From an uncultured Planctomycetota bacterium (GTDB taxonomy: Bacteria > Planctomycetota > Planctomycetia > Gemmatales > Gemmataceae): a stretch of 64,000 bases of DNA. Of this stretch, positions 1 through 11,628 are shown piece after piece; position 1 is the first letter of the stretch; each line of letters opens with the position of its first letter. Below the pieces are notes generated by a model. The model was not told the DNA's origin and ran no database searches. It saw only the letters and a list, made by a program, of their open reading frames with translations. A program made the translations under genes and the position numbers. The stretch covers positions 416,001-480,000 of the forward strand of contig CAWKHF010000002.1 of assembly GCA_963849325.1 (NCBI GenBank). The letters are read 5' to 3'.

Positions 1-174
1 TTCCGCGATGGCGGTTCGCCCGGCTTGAAGGGCTGGCTCAACGAGAAGGTCCACCGCGCTGGCCAGCGCTATCGAGCCGGCGAACTGTGCCGGCGCATCA
101 CCGGCCGACCGCTTAGCCATCAACCGCTGATGACTTATCTGCACGGCAAGTACGCGCCGCTGTATCGTCTGTGA
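1..174 (+). CDS. C-terminal end of carboxypeptidase M32 (Taq-like), partial
   Basis: Frame 1 reads GWLNEKVHRAGQRYRAGELCRRITGRPLSHQPLMTYLHGKYAPLYRL*, matching the M32 C-terminal pattern WLxEKIHxxG..ELxxxxTGEPL..YLxxKY. Confidence 0.8.
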   Translation, partial: FRDGGSPGLKGWLNEKVHRAGQRYRAGELCRRITGRPLSHQPLMTYLHGKYAPLYRL

Positions 175-204
175 ATCGCCGCGTCCAATCGGCCTCAGTG
201 ACCA

Positions 205-3200
205 TCACTTCGCGTAATCGATCCACATCGGCGAGCCCACGCCAGTTGCCCGTCCTTCTGCCGCACGCGGACGTAATAGTAATGCACGCCGGCCTCCGGC
301 TTGGGGTCCGTCCCACTCGCCCTTGTACTCCGAACTCCCCGCGTCCTCCGGTCGCAGAACCTCGACCACTTCGCTGTCCTTGAGAACGTCGATGCCGGCG
401 AGGGGCGCGGTGCCGACGACGTGGACGTTCAGCGACCGGCGCCGCCTTCGTCTGGAACTCGTCGCCCATCAGGTGACTCGCCGCTGCGGACGTCGAGGAT
501 GATGTTGTCGGTCGCCGCGTAGCAGTGCCGCTGCTTGAGGGCGTCGAGGATGCCGGCGCGGTCGTGCTTCTCGGCCAGGGCCACGCAGTAGGAAATGTGC
601 GTGGACCAGTGATCGCTGGACGACTGGAAGCCGAGACGATAGCCCTTGGCCAGGGCGAGGTTGACGTAGCCCTTGGGATACCAGCCGGCGATGTTGGCCG
701 GCTTCTTGCCGCTCTTGGGATCGTAGCCGGCGCGCGGCGCTTCCTCCTTCTCGTAGGAATTGCGATCGCCCTGGTAGATCTCGACGATCGGCTCGACCTT
801 CGGATCGTTGTCGCGCCAGTCGGTGCCCATGCCGGTGGCGCTGGTGTGCGAGGCGCAGATGCCGTCGAATTCTTTCAGGTAGCGATAGAGCATCTTGGTA
901 TCGTCGGCGTGGATGCCGGCCACGCGCTTGTCCGGCTCCGGCTCGGCCAGGCGCGGCAGCGTGCGGACGCCGCGCTGCGCGAACAGGCAATTGCGATGGC
1001 CGTGCGGATAGGAGACGCTGCGCTCGTAGCAGAACAGCGGCGTGAAGTGGTCCTGGACGTGGTAGGCGTCGGTGAGCTTCTGCGTCAGCCACCAGGTGTA
1101 TTCGCGGCCGGCGCCGTTGTCGTGATCGCCGTTGCCGATCCAGTCCAGCGCCGCCGCGTCGATGGCGTAGCGGAACATGTCCTCCAGCGAGCCGTCGGGC
1201 CCGCCGTCCCAGGAAATCTCCGTGTGCCGATGGAACTCGCCGCGCAGCAGCTGATACTTCTTGCCGCCCGCCTCGAGGCGATAGGCGCGGATGCGCTTCA
1301 CGTCCTCGCGCTCTTTCTGGCCGGCCTTGGCGTCCTTCCTGCCCGCGTTCGTGCGGCACCAGTTTCGGCTCGACCGGCTCGCCGGGCAGATCGAGGTAGC
1401 TGGTGTAGAGGCGATTCTGGATGTCGTTCCGGCGTGGTATAGCGGCCGTCGGTATTGTGGACGATGAGCAGTCCGCCGCTCGCGTGCGGCAGCAGCACCG
1501 GCCGCGAATCGAGCAGGCCGTCGGAGTGATGCACCTCGATCGGTTCGGTCCAGTGGTCGCCGTCGAGCCGGCGGGCGAAGGTCAGCCAGTACGAGCCGGG
1601 ATGGCTGCTGTAGCGGCTGCCGAACTTCTCGCGGTAGGTCAGCCAGAGCCGGCCCTTGCCGTCGAGGCCGAGGCGCGGATAGGCGTAGCGCTGGCCTTCT
1701 CGAAGCCTTGTGTCGTCTGCGTCGCCGGCGATGGGCGCTTTCACCTTCGAGGTCGGCAACTCGGCGACCGGCTTCATCAGCTTGCCGTCCTGCAAGACAG
1801 ACGACGCGGACCGAGCGGCTGCTGTACAAGCGGGTCGCCGCCCTTGGCGAGAGCGCCGTAGTCCTGGCCCCATTTCTCCGGACCTTCCTCGTAGGCGATC
1901 CACAGGCGGCCCTTGGCGTCGTAGCAGATGGAGGGACGGGCCTCGAAGCGAGCAGAAGCAGCAATGCTCGTATTCGGGACAGACTGACCCTTCTCCGGAT
2001 CTCAGCTTTGCTCGTCAACACTTTGATATCGTAATCGCCGCTATCATAAACGTCACTGCTATAGCGACGCGGCCATCTGGTCCAGCTGCGATGCGCCGGA
2101 TGCCACGATTTCCGCTCCTTTTCCGTGGGGAACAATCGAAACTTCCCTGTTCGTCGAAACAGAGGACAACCGATTCCGGAAAAGAACCGATTCCCACGAC
2201 CGTTCTCGATCGAGAGGCTTTCTTCCGGCGTAATCGTCTTGGCAAGCGAGATAGACGCTCCCCTTTTGGTCCGTACTCCATCACCGGGTTGAGCTGAGAC
2301 CCTTCTTCGAATAGGGCGGTCTCCGGCCCAACACGATATTCGGCGTTCTCACGATGGAATCGAAGCGTTCGGGACATTATTTTGTGTCCCTTGCGATTAG
2401 CGGAATAGGCCACTCGTACCACCCCATTGCCTTCGACCGCGATGGCACAGCGCACCAGATCCTCTGTTCGGCCCCGTGATCGCCAGCGGCTCGCTCCATT
2501 TGCCGTCCTTGTAATACTTGACGAACAGCTGATCGGCGAATTCGGGAGTATACAGACGCCTTGAAATCGCGTCGGCTGCTCCGTCAACTGCTTCTGCTCG
2601 ACGCGCGCGGCCCTCGTCGCGGACCTTGTAGCTGATGTACGCCACCCAGAGCGTGCCGTCGGGACCGTAGGCGGCGGCGGGGAAATCGTCCTCCGTCTTG
2701 CCCGTCGGTCAGCGGCGTCGCCGTCGTCACCAGCCGCACCCGCGCCTTGCCTTCCCACAGCTCGCGCGTCCGTCCCGCCAGCACGTCCTTGAGGGAGACG
2801 GCGGCTTTCTCGACGCCTTCCTTCGCCGGTTCGATGCTCAGGCTGGCGTCGTCCTGGATGTCGCTCAGATGCAGGACGACGCCGACGGTGGCGATGCCCT
2901 CCATGCGCGCGACGGCGGGATTGCGCGGCGGCACGCGCAGGCCGCGATGCGAGGACGCCTCCCAGCGATCCTTCTCGATGCAGCTTGTCGTCGGGACGAA
3001 AGCGATAGCCCTCCCGATGCACGACCTTCGCTCCGGTGACGACCGCTCGCCCGGACCATTTCTCCGGCGTCTTGTCCTTCAGGCCGAATTCGATGAGTAT
3101 GGCGGCTGGCGGACGCTCCTTCGAGCCGCGATTGGCCCAGTCGAGCAAGAAAAGGTTGGACTTCTTCGGTTCCGACAGGGCGGCGACCGCGATCATCGCC

Positions 3201-3241
3201 GCCACGGCCGAGAGGACGAGCAGAAGGTTCCTGGCACGCAT
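205..3241 (-). CDS. Large secreted protein: propeller-like repeats plus C-terminal PHP-type metallohydrolase domain (DUF3604-like); several frameshifts
   Basis: Signal peptide MRARNLLLVLSAVAAMIAVAA; motifs GEFHRHT, GNGDHD, GHRN, SSSDH; C-terminus YYYVRVRQKDGQLAWxSPMWIDYAK*; stitched from ORFs 2015..3295, 1298..1903 and 429..2135. Confidence 0.75.
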
Positions 3242-3446
3242 GACTGACTCCCGCAGCAAAGAGAGGCGAACGGCCGACCGCATGGCCGGACGCATCCGAA
3301 GGTGAACGCCGATTAGCGCCCGGTACGTCCCCGCCTGTCAAGCGAATTCCCCAGAAAAAACTCGCCGCCAACTCAGCCGCGGTGGATGGCCGTGATCGGC
3401 TGTCGAGTTTCTCTCGCCGTGGACTCCTTCAGCGGATAAGATCCTC

Positions 3447-3475
3447 TGAATAGAAGAGACTTGTGGGCCGTCTAC
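3447..3475 (+). promoter_or_regulatory. Putative ECF-type promoter (TGAATAG-N16-GTCTAC) upstream of the ECF sigma gene
   Basis: Same 16-nt spacing and GTCtA -10 as the motifs at 56789-56817 and 58867-58895; -35 match is weak. Confidence 0.35.
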
Positions 3476-3499
3476 GAATTCGGGAGACATCGCCACACC

Positions 3500-4093
3500 A
3501 TGGCCACCCTCACCGCACCTTGCCCGCACGGCGCCAGCGACGAGCAGCTGCTCGCCTGCCACGCCGCCGGACATCGGGAGGCGCTGGACGAGCTGTTCCG
3601 CCGTTATCGGCAGCCGGCTTATCGGGTGGCGTATCGCTTGCTGGGCCACGAAGCGGACGCCTTGGATGCGGTCCAGGAAGGCTTCATCAAGGCCCTGACC
3701 CATCTGCACGGCTTTCAAGGACGCAGCTCGTTCAAGACCTGGCTGTTGCGGGTGGTCAGCAACGCCGCCCTCGACCTCGGCCGTCAGCGCGGCCGCCGTG
3801 AGTCGGTCAGCCTCGACGTCCCGCAAAACGGCGACGTGGTGCATCCGCACCTGCTCACCGAGGACGAGTCCGGCCGAGGACTGGAACGAGCCGACCTGCG
3901 CCGCCAACTCGATCAAGCCCTGGCGACGCTGTCGGAGGTGCAGCGGCAGACGTTTGTGCTTTACGCCGACGGCGAACTCAGTTATCGAGAGGTCGCCGAG
4001 GCGACGGGCACGTCGATCGGCACAGTGATGAGTCGATTGTTTTACGCCCGACAGAAATTGCGAACGTATTGGAACGAACGGAACCCGTTATGA
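3500..4093 (+). CDS. ECF-family RNA polymerase sigma factor
   Basis: Region 2 DALDAVQEGFIKA..SSFKTWLLRV; region 4 LSYREVAEATGTSIGTVMSRLFYARQKLR. Confidence 0.95.
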   Translation: MATLTAPCPHGASDEQLLACHAAGHREALDELFRRYRQPAYRVAYRLLGHEADALDAVQEGFIKALTHLHGFQGRSSFKTWLLRVVSNAALDLGRQRGRRESVSLDVPQNGDVVHPHLLTEDESGRGLERADLRRQLDQALATLSEVQRQTFVLYADGELSYREVAEATGTSIGTVMSRLFYARQKLRTYWNERNPL

Positions 4094-4705
4094 GTCGTGA
4101 CCGGAACAGCCCGGATCGCCGGCGAAGCGCGGCGACGTCCCCGAGCAACCATCCGAGGACCAGGACATCGAGGAGTGGTTGGCCGCGCACCCCGAGACGA
4201 AAGACGAGTTGGCCGACCTCCCCCGCTTGCGGGATCTGTATCAGTCGGCGGCCCCACTCGACCCGGACGAGGCAGCCTGGACGGCCGCGCTGACGCGCAT
4301 TCGTGACGGCATCCCCACGGAGCGCCTCCGCGACAAAGGTCCGTCCCGCTCGCGGTGGTCGGTCGTGAGTTTGGGTGCGGCGGCGGCCGTGTTGGCGGCG
4401 GTCCTGCTGGCGCGATCGTGGCGAACGCCTCAACCTCTCCCGCAACCGGGACCGGCCGAAGAACCGTTCCCCGTTGTCGAGGCGGACGACGTCACCATCA
4501 TCCGCATGGATGGCGCGACGTTGCCGCCCTGGTAGTGGGCGAACCGCCTGTCCTGGGCGACCTGGAATTCGCCCGATCCGAAGACGTTCGCGTCATCCAG
4601 TGTACGCGCTGCCCTCACAGCGGCAACGTTCCACGACTGGAGCAGGGGGAAGTGCCGATGTTCGTGACATCGGTCGCTCGCGCCGGCGAGAATGGCGACG
4701 AGTGA
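4090..4705 (+). CDS. Putative single-TM anti-sigma factor (frameshifted)
   Basis: ATGA overlap with the sigma stop; N-terminal EEWLAAHPETKDELADL; TM segment VVSLGAAAAVLAAVLLA. Confidence 0.7.
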
Positions 4706-4732
4706 ACCGGGACATCTTCGCGGAGGGTTTTC

Positions 4733-5212
4733 ATGTCGCCTGGCGCGGTTCGGTCTTGTGGCACGGGTTTGATGGTCCTGACGCTCTTGGGTGCCGCGCC
4801 CTTGAGGGACAAGGGCGGAGACAAGGAAACCGTGCAGGTGTCCGTCATCGTCATTCTCGCCACCGAACGCAACAACCAGGTCGATCCCAAGCTCGCCAAC
4901 GTCGCGCGCGAGGTCCACAAGACACACGAGAAACTGACCGGCTTCCGGATTGTCACCCTGGCGAGCAAGTCGCTGACCATCGGCGCCAAGGACACCTTTG
5001 AACTGGTTGAAGATCAGAAGGCGGCCGTCACGGTTGAGCGCGCCGCCGACGCCAAGAACCGCGTCCAGGTTCGCGTTGCGCCGCCGCGCATGGGCGAAAT
5101 TACTTACGACACCTGCTGCGGCAAGTTCCTGCCCATCGTCACCCCCTTCCGCACGGCCAACAACGAACTGCTCATCCTCGCCGTGCGCGTGCAGCCCTGT
5201 CACGAGAAGTAA
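4733..5212 (+). CDS. Hypothetical secreted protein
   Basis: Intact 159-aa ORF with a hydrophobic N-terminus, co-oriented in the sigma operon. Confidence 0.7.
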   Translation: MSPGAVRSCGTGLMVLTLLGAAPLRDKGGDKETVQVSVIVILATERNNQVDPKLANVAREVHKTHEKLTGFRIVTLASKSLTIGAKDTFELVEDQKAAVTVERAADAKNRVQVRVAPPRMGEITYDTCCGKFLPIVTPFRTANNELLILAVRVQPCHEK

Positions 5213-5338
5213 TCGGGGTTACGTACCCGAAGCGGCCCACTCGGCAGCCCGCGTTTCCGGCTTTCGTCATTGCTCTGACTTCCCCTTCGGTGGTATCCTG
5301 AGAGATGGGGAAGCTCCCATGTTTCAAAGGGGAACGTC

Positions 5339-6631
5339 ATGTCTTCCAGAACCCTTCTCGCCGCCCTGTGCCTGCTCTGCCTGGCGCTGCCACTCCGCGC
5401 CGAAAACCGCAAGGACAATCCGTCCAGCCGCTCCAGCGACAGCCAATATGACCCCCAGACCGGCGACCCCACGATGTCGTCGATCCCTCGTGAAATCGGC
5501 GGCAAGACCTACGAGCAGTGGGTGAAGGACTTGTCCCATCCCGACCCCAGCGTCCGCGCCAATGCCATCACCGTCATCCCCGGCTTCCGCGAGAAGGCCA
5601 TGGATGCGATTCCGCGGTTGGTCGAACTGACCCACGATCGAGATGCCAGCCCGCGCGTCAAGGCGGTGCTCGCCTTCAAAATCATGGGCTTTCACGGCAC
5701 CGACATCCCGCGGGTGGTGAAGGCGCTCGGCGAGCGCATCTCCACGGATACGCAGGCCATCGTACGTTACGAGGCGGTGCAGGCCCTGGGTCGCTTCCAG
5801 CCGGCCGACGTCCGGGAAGTCGTGGCCGACCTGGTTCGCGGCGTCGGCGACAGCAGCACCTGGGAGCTTCGCCAGGCCTGTATCAGCGCCATCCGCCTGG
5901 CGGGGCCGGACCCGAAGAAGGGACCGGACGAGCGCGTCACCGACGCTTTGCTGGGGCGCCTCAATTCGTTCTACGAACCCGTTCGACTGGTGCGCCTGGA
6001 GGCCATCATCACCCTGGGAGGCCTGGGCCGGCCGCAGAACCCGAACAAGCTGGCCCAGGTGGTCCGGGCCCTCAAGACGAACCAGCAGAGTCACGACAAG
6101 GTCATCAAAATTTGGTCGCACGTCAGCCTCATGGCCCTGGAAGACAAGGTTGATGAGAAGTACATGCCGGTCATCGTCGCCTACCTCAACGATCACGAAC
6201 GCGATATCCGCATTCAGGCCCTGGCGGCCCTCGGGGCGCTACAGGAGCGGGCCCATCCCTACCTAGCCGATATCATCAAGTTAATGCGACGAGAGAAGGA
6301 CCCGATCGTCCTGACCAGCGCCTGCACGTCGCTGGGCCGAATGGGCGACAAAAGCGACCAGGCCATCGGCGTCTTGCTCGAGGTGATGGAAAGGGATGAT
6401 GCCGAGTCCACCAATGCGGTCCTGGCGGCGTGTAACGCCCTCGCTCAGATCGGCGTCGCCAGCCCGGAAGTCCTGAAGGCCATGAACAAGCTCCTCGACC
6501 GCAAGGACTTCAAGGAACAGACGAAGGACATCGTGCGCAAGGCCATCAAAGAGGTTCAAACGCCCCGCAAGGACGCGATCAAAGCGAAACGCGAGTCCCC
6601 CAAGGGCGAAATCATCCGAAAACCTCGATAA
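5339..6631 (+). CDS. Secreted HEAT-repeat protein
   Basis: Signal peptide; repeated VRxxAxxALG helices. Confidence 0.85.
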   Translation: MSSRTLLAALCLLCLALPLRAENRKDNPSSRSSDSQYDPQTGDPTMSSIPREIGGKTYEQWVKDLSHPDPSVRANAITVIPGFREKAMDAIPRLVELTHDRDASPRVKAVLAFKIMGFHGTDIPRVVKALGERISTDTQAIVRYEAVQALGRFQPADVREVVADLVRGVGDSSTWELRQACISAIRLAGPDPKKGPDERVTDALLGRLNSFYEPVRLVRLEAIITLGGLGRPQNPNKLAQVVRALKTNQQSHDKVIKIWSHVSLMALEDKVDEKYMPVIVAYLNDHERDIRIQALAALGALQERAHPYLADIIKLMRREKDPIVLTSACTSLGRMGDKSDQAIGVLLEVMERDDAESTNAVLAACNALAQIGVASPEVLKAMNKLLDRKDFKEQTKDIVRKAIKEVQTPRKDAIKAKRESPKGEIIRKPR

Positions 6632-6643
6632 CCTTCTCAATCC

Positions 6644-6675
6644 GCGGAGCGCTCCGTTCGGGCGCTCCGCCTTTT
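6644..6675 (+). terminator. Hairpin with short T-tract between the HEAT genes
   Basis: gcggagcgctc..gggcgctccgc followed by ctttt. Confidence 0.4.
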
Positions 6676-6705
6676 CCACTCGCACTTCCAACCTTGGACC
6701 GCACC

Positions 6706-8363
6706 ATGAGCCGTCTTCCTCTCGCCTTCGCGGCGTGTCTGCTCGGCTTGACCCTCACGAGCACGGTGTACGCTCGAACGCCGTTCTTTCTGGGCAAATC
6801 GGTGGACCAGTGGCGGCGCGGGCTGAACGATTCGGATGCCAAGACTGCGCCGCAGTGCCGCCTTCGCGCTGGGCCGCATCGGCGACGACGCCCTCCCCGC
6901 GGTGCCGGCGTTGATACGGCGATTGCGCGACGACAGCGACGCCGGAGTGCGCGACATGGCGGCGTCGGCGATCGGCGACATCGCCCGAGCTTCCAAAGGC
7001 GGCGCGCGCGAGATGTGGACCGAGGTTGTCCGCCCGCTCCTCCACGCACTGAAAACCGATACGGACGCTCATGTCCGTCGTAGTGCGGCGTATGCCCTGG
7101 GCGCATTCGGTTCGCTGGCCGCCGGCGCCGTGGATGTGCTCAGCGCGGCGCTGCGCGATGAAGCTCCGTCGGTGCGGCAGAATGCCGCCTGGGCGCTGGG
7201 CCAGATCGGTCGAACAGGCCGGTGAATCGGTGACGGCCCTGTGTACATGCCTGAACGACAAGGACGTCCTAGTGCGCCGGGATGCCGCCGGGGCGCTCGG
7301 CTCGCTGGGGAAGGCCGGAGCGGCGGGGGCGGAGGCGTTATTGCAGCTGGTCAAGGTGGAAACGGACGACGTGGTGAAAAAAACGGCCATCGATGCGTTG
7401 GGCCACCTGGCCGGTCCCGAACATCGTCCCTACGCCCAGGCACTGCAGCCGCTTCTGGAGAATAAAGACCCCGAATTGGCGATGAGCGCGGCGCTCGTCC
7501 TGGCCCGCATCGGCGGAGAGGAAGGGGCCAGCGCTCTGCCCGTGTTGCGGAAGGGGCTGAAGGATCCCGATGCCCACGTGCAAGAGATGGCCGCGGCGGC
7601 GCTGAGCAATCTCGGCCCGAAGGCCGAACCCGCCATGTACGACCTGGCCGAGGTGCTGACCAACGGTCGCAATTCCACCTTCGTGCGCCGCTACGCCGCC
7701 CTGGCCCTGTCCCACATCGGCCCGGCGGCGAAACCCGTCGTGCCGTCGATCGTGCAAGCTCTGCGGCCGGCTGAACCAGTGAAAGTACGACAATACGCCG
7801 CCGAGGTCCTGGCCCAGATGAAATATCCGGCCAACGAGAAGGCCGTGCCCGCCATCCTGGAAACCATCGAAAAGGACACCGATCCCGTGGTCCGCCAGAA
7901 ATGCGTCTGGTCGCTGTTCCGCATGAATAACGTCGAGGAGTTCAAACGGAGCGGCGCCGAGAAGACCCTGACCAAGGTGCTCGACGACCAGTCCGAAAAG
8001 ATGACCCTGGTGCGCTACGATGCCGCCCGCAAGCTGGCTTATATGCTGGGTGCCGATGCCCCGGACAAGACGGTGGACGTTCTACTTAACATGCTCAACA
8101 ACAAGAGGTTGAATGTCTACAACCGCACGGACGCCAAGGTCGAAGGGACCGGCAACGAAGCGACGGCCGGGCGGGCCAACGTGAAGGAGAATCTCGGCGG
8201 CGACGCGCGTTACATGGCCGTCGAAGCGCTCGGCTGGCTCGGTCCCACCAAGGTGAAAGCACGGGACGATGTTGTCAAGGCGCTCAAGCAAGCCGCCCGC
8301 GACGAGGATGCGACCCTCCGCGCCGCCGCCAAGAAAGCCCTGACCGAACTAGGCATCGAGTGA
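6706..8363 (+). CDS. Secreted HEAT-repeat protein (frameshifted)
   Basis: Signal peptide; RRSAAFALGRIG, VRRSAAYALG, VRQNAAWALG, VRRDAAGALG repeats across ORFs 6694, 6836 and 7071. Confidence 0.85.
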
Positions 8364-8435
8364 CGGCCGTCTCCTGGCGAAGAACACACGGATTTTTGCT
8401 TGCTCCGCTCGGCAGACATCGCTACCCTGCCGAGT

Positions 8436-9533
8436 ATGAAAATCTCTCAGCTTCACGCCCTGCGCGTGCGCATCCCGCAGAAACCGCCGATCGCTCCCTA
8501 TCAGTCGCGCTACCGGGCCACCTCCGCCAAGGAGGCGCTGCTCGGTGCGCCTGGAGACCGATACCGGCCTCGTCGGTTGGGGCGAGACGCCGGAAGACTG
8601 GCTCAACCATTCGTTCCAGGGCGCGCCCGAGGAACGACTGCGCCAGCAGGTACTCGGCCGCGATCCGTTCGACCTCGAAGCCTGGTACGCCGAGAACACG
8701 CTGGGCAGCTATCTCGCCAGCGGCTGTCGAGATGGCGATGTGGGACCTCCTCGGCCAGGCGACGCGCCAACCGCTGTACAAGCTCCTCGGCGGTGCGGTG
8801 CGGAAGAAAATCGAGTTGGCCGCCTGCATGGGCATCCGTCCGTATGAGGAGGCCAAGGCCATTGCCCGCCAATATCTCGACCGTGGCTTCCGCACCCTGA
8901 AGACGAAAGCCGGCCGCGATCCGCAAGAAGACCTCGAACATGGTGCGCGGCATCCGCGATGGAGTCGGGCGATCGACTGAAGCTGCGCATCGACCCCAAC
9001 ATGGGCTATGCTCCCGACGTCGCCCTGCGCCCTGGCGCGCGACCTGGAGTCCTATCACCTGGAATACTTCGAGCAGCCGATGCCGTTCAGCTGCATCGGC
9101 GAGTCGGCCCGGCACCGGCATCTCACGCGGACGCCGCTCGCCCTGAACGAATCGGTGACGACCACCGAGATCGTGATGCAAATCCTTCAGCTGCGCGCGG
9201 CGGACGTGCTGCTGCCGGACACGTATCAGTGCGGCGGCATCCTGGCGGTGAAAAAAGTGGCGGCGCTGTGCGAGGCGGCGCGGCGTGCCGTGCGTCTTCC
9301 ATTGCGCCCACGACCTCGGCCTGAAGACGGCGGCGATGCTGCACGTCGTCGCCAGCACGCCCGCTTTCACGCTCGCCAACGACTGCACCTACTACGGTCT
9401 GGAAGATGACATCATCACGCCGTTGCACCGGATCGAGGGCGGGTGCATGGACGTGCCCGAGGGGCCGGGCCTGGGCGTTTATGTCGATGAAAACAAGTTG
9501 GCGAAATATCGTTTGTCCGAGCCTGAAGCGTAA
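8436..9533 (+). CDS. Mandelate racemase/muconate lactonizing enzyme family protein (frameshifted)
   Basis: LETDTGLVGWGE, AMWDLLG..PLYKLLGG, KTK, RIDPN, YFEQP, LNES, VPEGPGLG. Confidence 0.9.
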
Positions 9534-9588
9534 GCGAAGAGACGACAACCGACGGTTGTCGTCTCTTCGCTTACGCTTCAGGCTCGGA
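9516..9588. repeat. Perfect 35-bp inverted repeat (REP/REPIN-like) between convergent genes
   Basis: tccgagcctgaagcgtaagcgaagagacgacaacc-gac-ggttgtcgtctcttcgcttacgcttcaggctcgga. Confidence 0.95.
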
Positions 9589-11527
9589 TGACGATAACTT
9601 GGCGTTGATGCGTTCGCGGACGAGGCGAACGAGCAAGTCTTCCGCCTGGCCGCGCGTCAGGTGATCGGCGAGGCGCAGGGGCAACAGGTCGAGTGCCTGC
9701 TCGGCTTGCGGGTCGGTGCAGCCGCGCTGGGTGCGGAGCAGGCCGGTCAGCCAGGCGCGGGCCGGCAGGGGGAAGCTGAGTACGTCCACGGCGAAGGCGG
9801 CCGAACATGGTTGGCGTCGCAGCAAGCGCTCCAAATCATTCAGGGCGATGATGCCGACCAGCCGGTCGCCGGCGGATAGACGCCCGGCCAGAAGCGGACG
9901 CGGCGGCGGTCCCTCCGCCGGCAGCAGGGCCACGGCCTGCAAGTGGTAATCGACCGACATCGCCCGCACGGAATGGCTCACGAACGGATCGTTCGCCTGG
10001 ATGAGCAAATCGATCACGGCGAACAGGCGTTCGCGCACCTGGAAGACGCTCAGAACGCGATCGCCGAACAAGCTGGCCAGGAAGGCCGGAGCGGCCAGCA
10101 TGGGCACCGACAGGGCGTAGCGGACGTCGGCCGCCTCGCGCAGCATCTTGGCCAACTCCGGATCGGCCAGGAGCAGGACGACGCGATGGCGCGGCGTGCA
10201 ATTCGCGGACGAGCAGGGCGATGGCCAGGTTGGTCAGGTCGTCGTCGGTGGCGGCGATGACCGCCCGCGACGTGGCGGCGTGGGCCTCGCGCAGCACCTC
10301 GCGGACGCCGGCGTCGCCGATGATGACCGGCGCCCCCAGACGCCGCACCGCTCGCACGAAGCGATTGCCCGGGTCGCGCTCGATGACCACCACCTGTTCG
10401 CCGTAGCGCAGCAATTCCTCGACGACGCGGAAGCCGATGGCGCCCAGGCCGCAGATGATGACGTGTCCGCTATCGGGGATGCGCCGCACTTCAAGCGCGC
10501 CGCCCAGGCGGGCGCGCAGCAAATAATTCGTGACGATGGCCGTGAACGCCGCCGTCAGCGCCGCGCCCAGGATGCGCAGCGTGGCCACGAACACCTTCAT
10601 GGCCGGCGAATACTCCAGATGTTCTTCCTGCATGCTGGCGCCGGTGGCCATGACGCTGACGGTGCGGAAGAGGGCGTCGATGACCTTGTACTTCTCCACG
10701 CCCAGGCACAACACCAGCGTGCTGGTGAGGATCACGGCGAACAGGACCACGGTGCAAATCAGGACGGCCCGATCGATCTCAGCCAGCGTGCGGTGGATAA
10801 CGCGGCCCATGCGGCGCGGCCAACGCCGCCCACAACAGATGCGGCGCGTCGGCGTCGTCCATCTCGGACAACAGCGAGGCCAGGGAGCGCGGCGGCGCAC
10901 ACAGGACGAGGCGGTCGCCGGCCTGGAGACGAGTTTCCAGATCGACGTCGAGCAGGAATCGCTCCGGTCCCTCCTGCGGCAAGTGGGCAAGCGGCACCGC
11001 TTCGCGGTACGTCGTCACTTCGCCAATGGTACGGCCGCGCATCGACGAGCCGGCACTGACTTGCAGCTCGACGACCTGGCGCTGGTCCTGGCCGTCCAGC
11101 TCGAAAGCGGCGAGTCCCTGACCGCCCACGGCCGTCATCGCCAGCACCGGCGCCGTCAGCAGCGAGGTGCTCAGGGCGAAGACGTTGTGCAGCGTTCGAC
11201 TCGAGCCGAATGAGCAAGTTCTGGTTGAACATGCGCAGGACCACGCGAACCTCGAGGGTTGATGGCCCGGACCATCAAGGTGGTGGAGATGTTGACGAGA
11301 TCGTCGTTGGTGAGGATGAGCACGCCGCGAGCGTTGGCCACGTCCGCGGCTTCCAGCACGGCACGCTGCCGGCAGTCGCCGCAAACCAGACGCGTGCCTT
11401 GCAGGCGCGGATCGTCGGCCTGGCAACGATTATCGACGACGACCACCGGAAGGCCGGCGGCATGCAGGTATTCCAGGATGCGCGTGCCCATGCGGCCCAG
11501 GCCGCACAGGACGATGGGGCGCTCCAC
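9571..11527 (-). CDS. TrkA/RCK-domain potassium-channel-like protein with two RCK modules (frameshifted)
   Basis: Two Rossmann motifs IVLCGLGRMG and VIICGLGAIG flanking a TM-pore-TM segment (DALFRTVSVMATG). Confidence 0.85.
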
Positions 11528-11628
11528 GCGGAGGTCTCCTTGGCTGGAGGTGCTTGCAGTCCTGAAAACAGGGTAATCGGCGGGAGGGAGGAAAGCAATC
11601 CGCGCTCGCGGTCGCCCGGTTGACTCGA

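Noticed and set aside
1950-2420. A complete diversity-generating retroelement in this window
   Set aside because: No reverse transcriptase or template repeat was seen; only the compositional anomaly is reported
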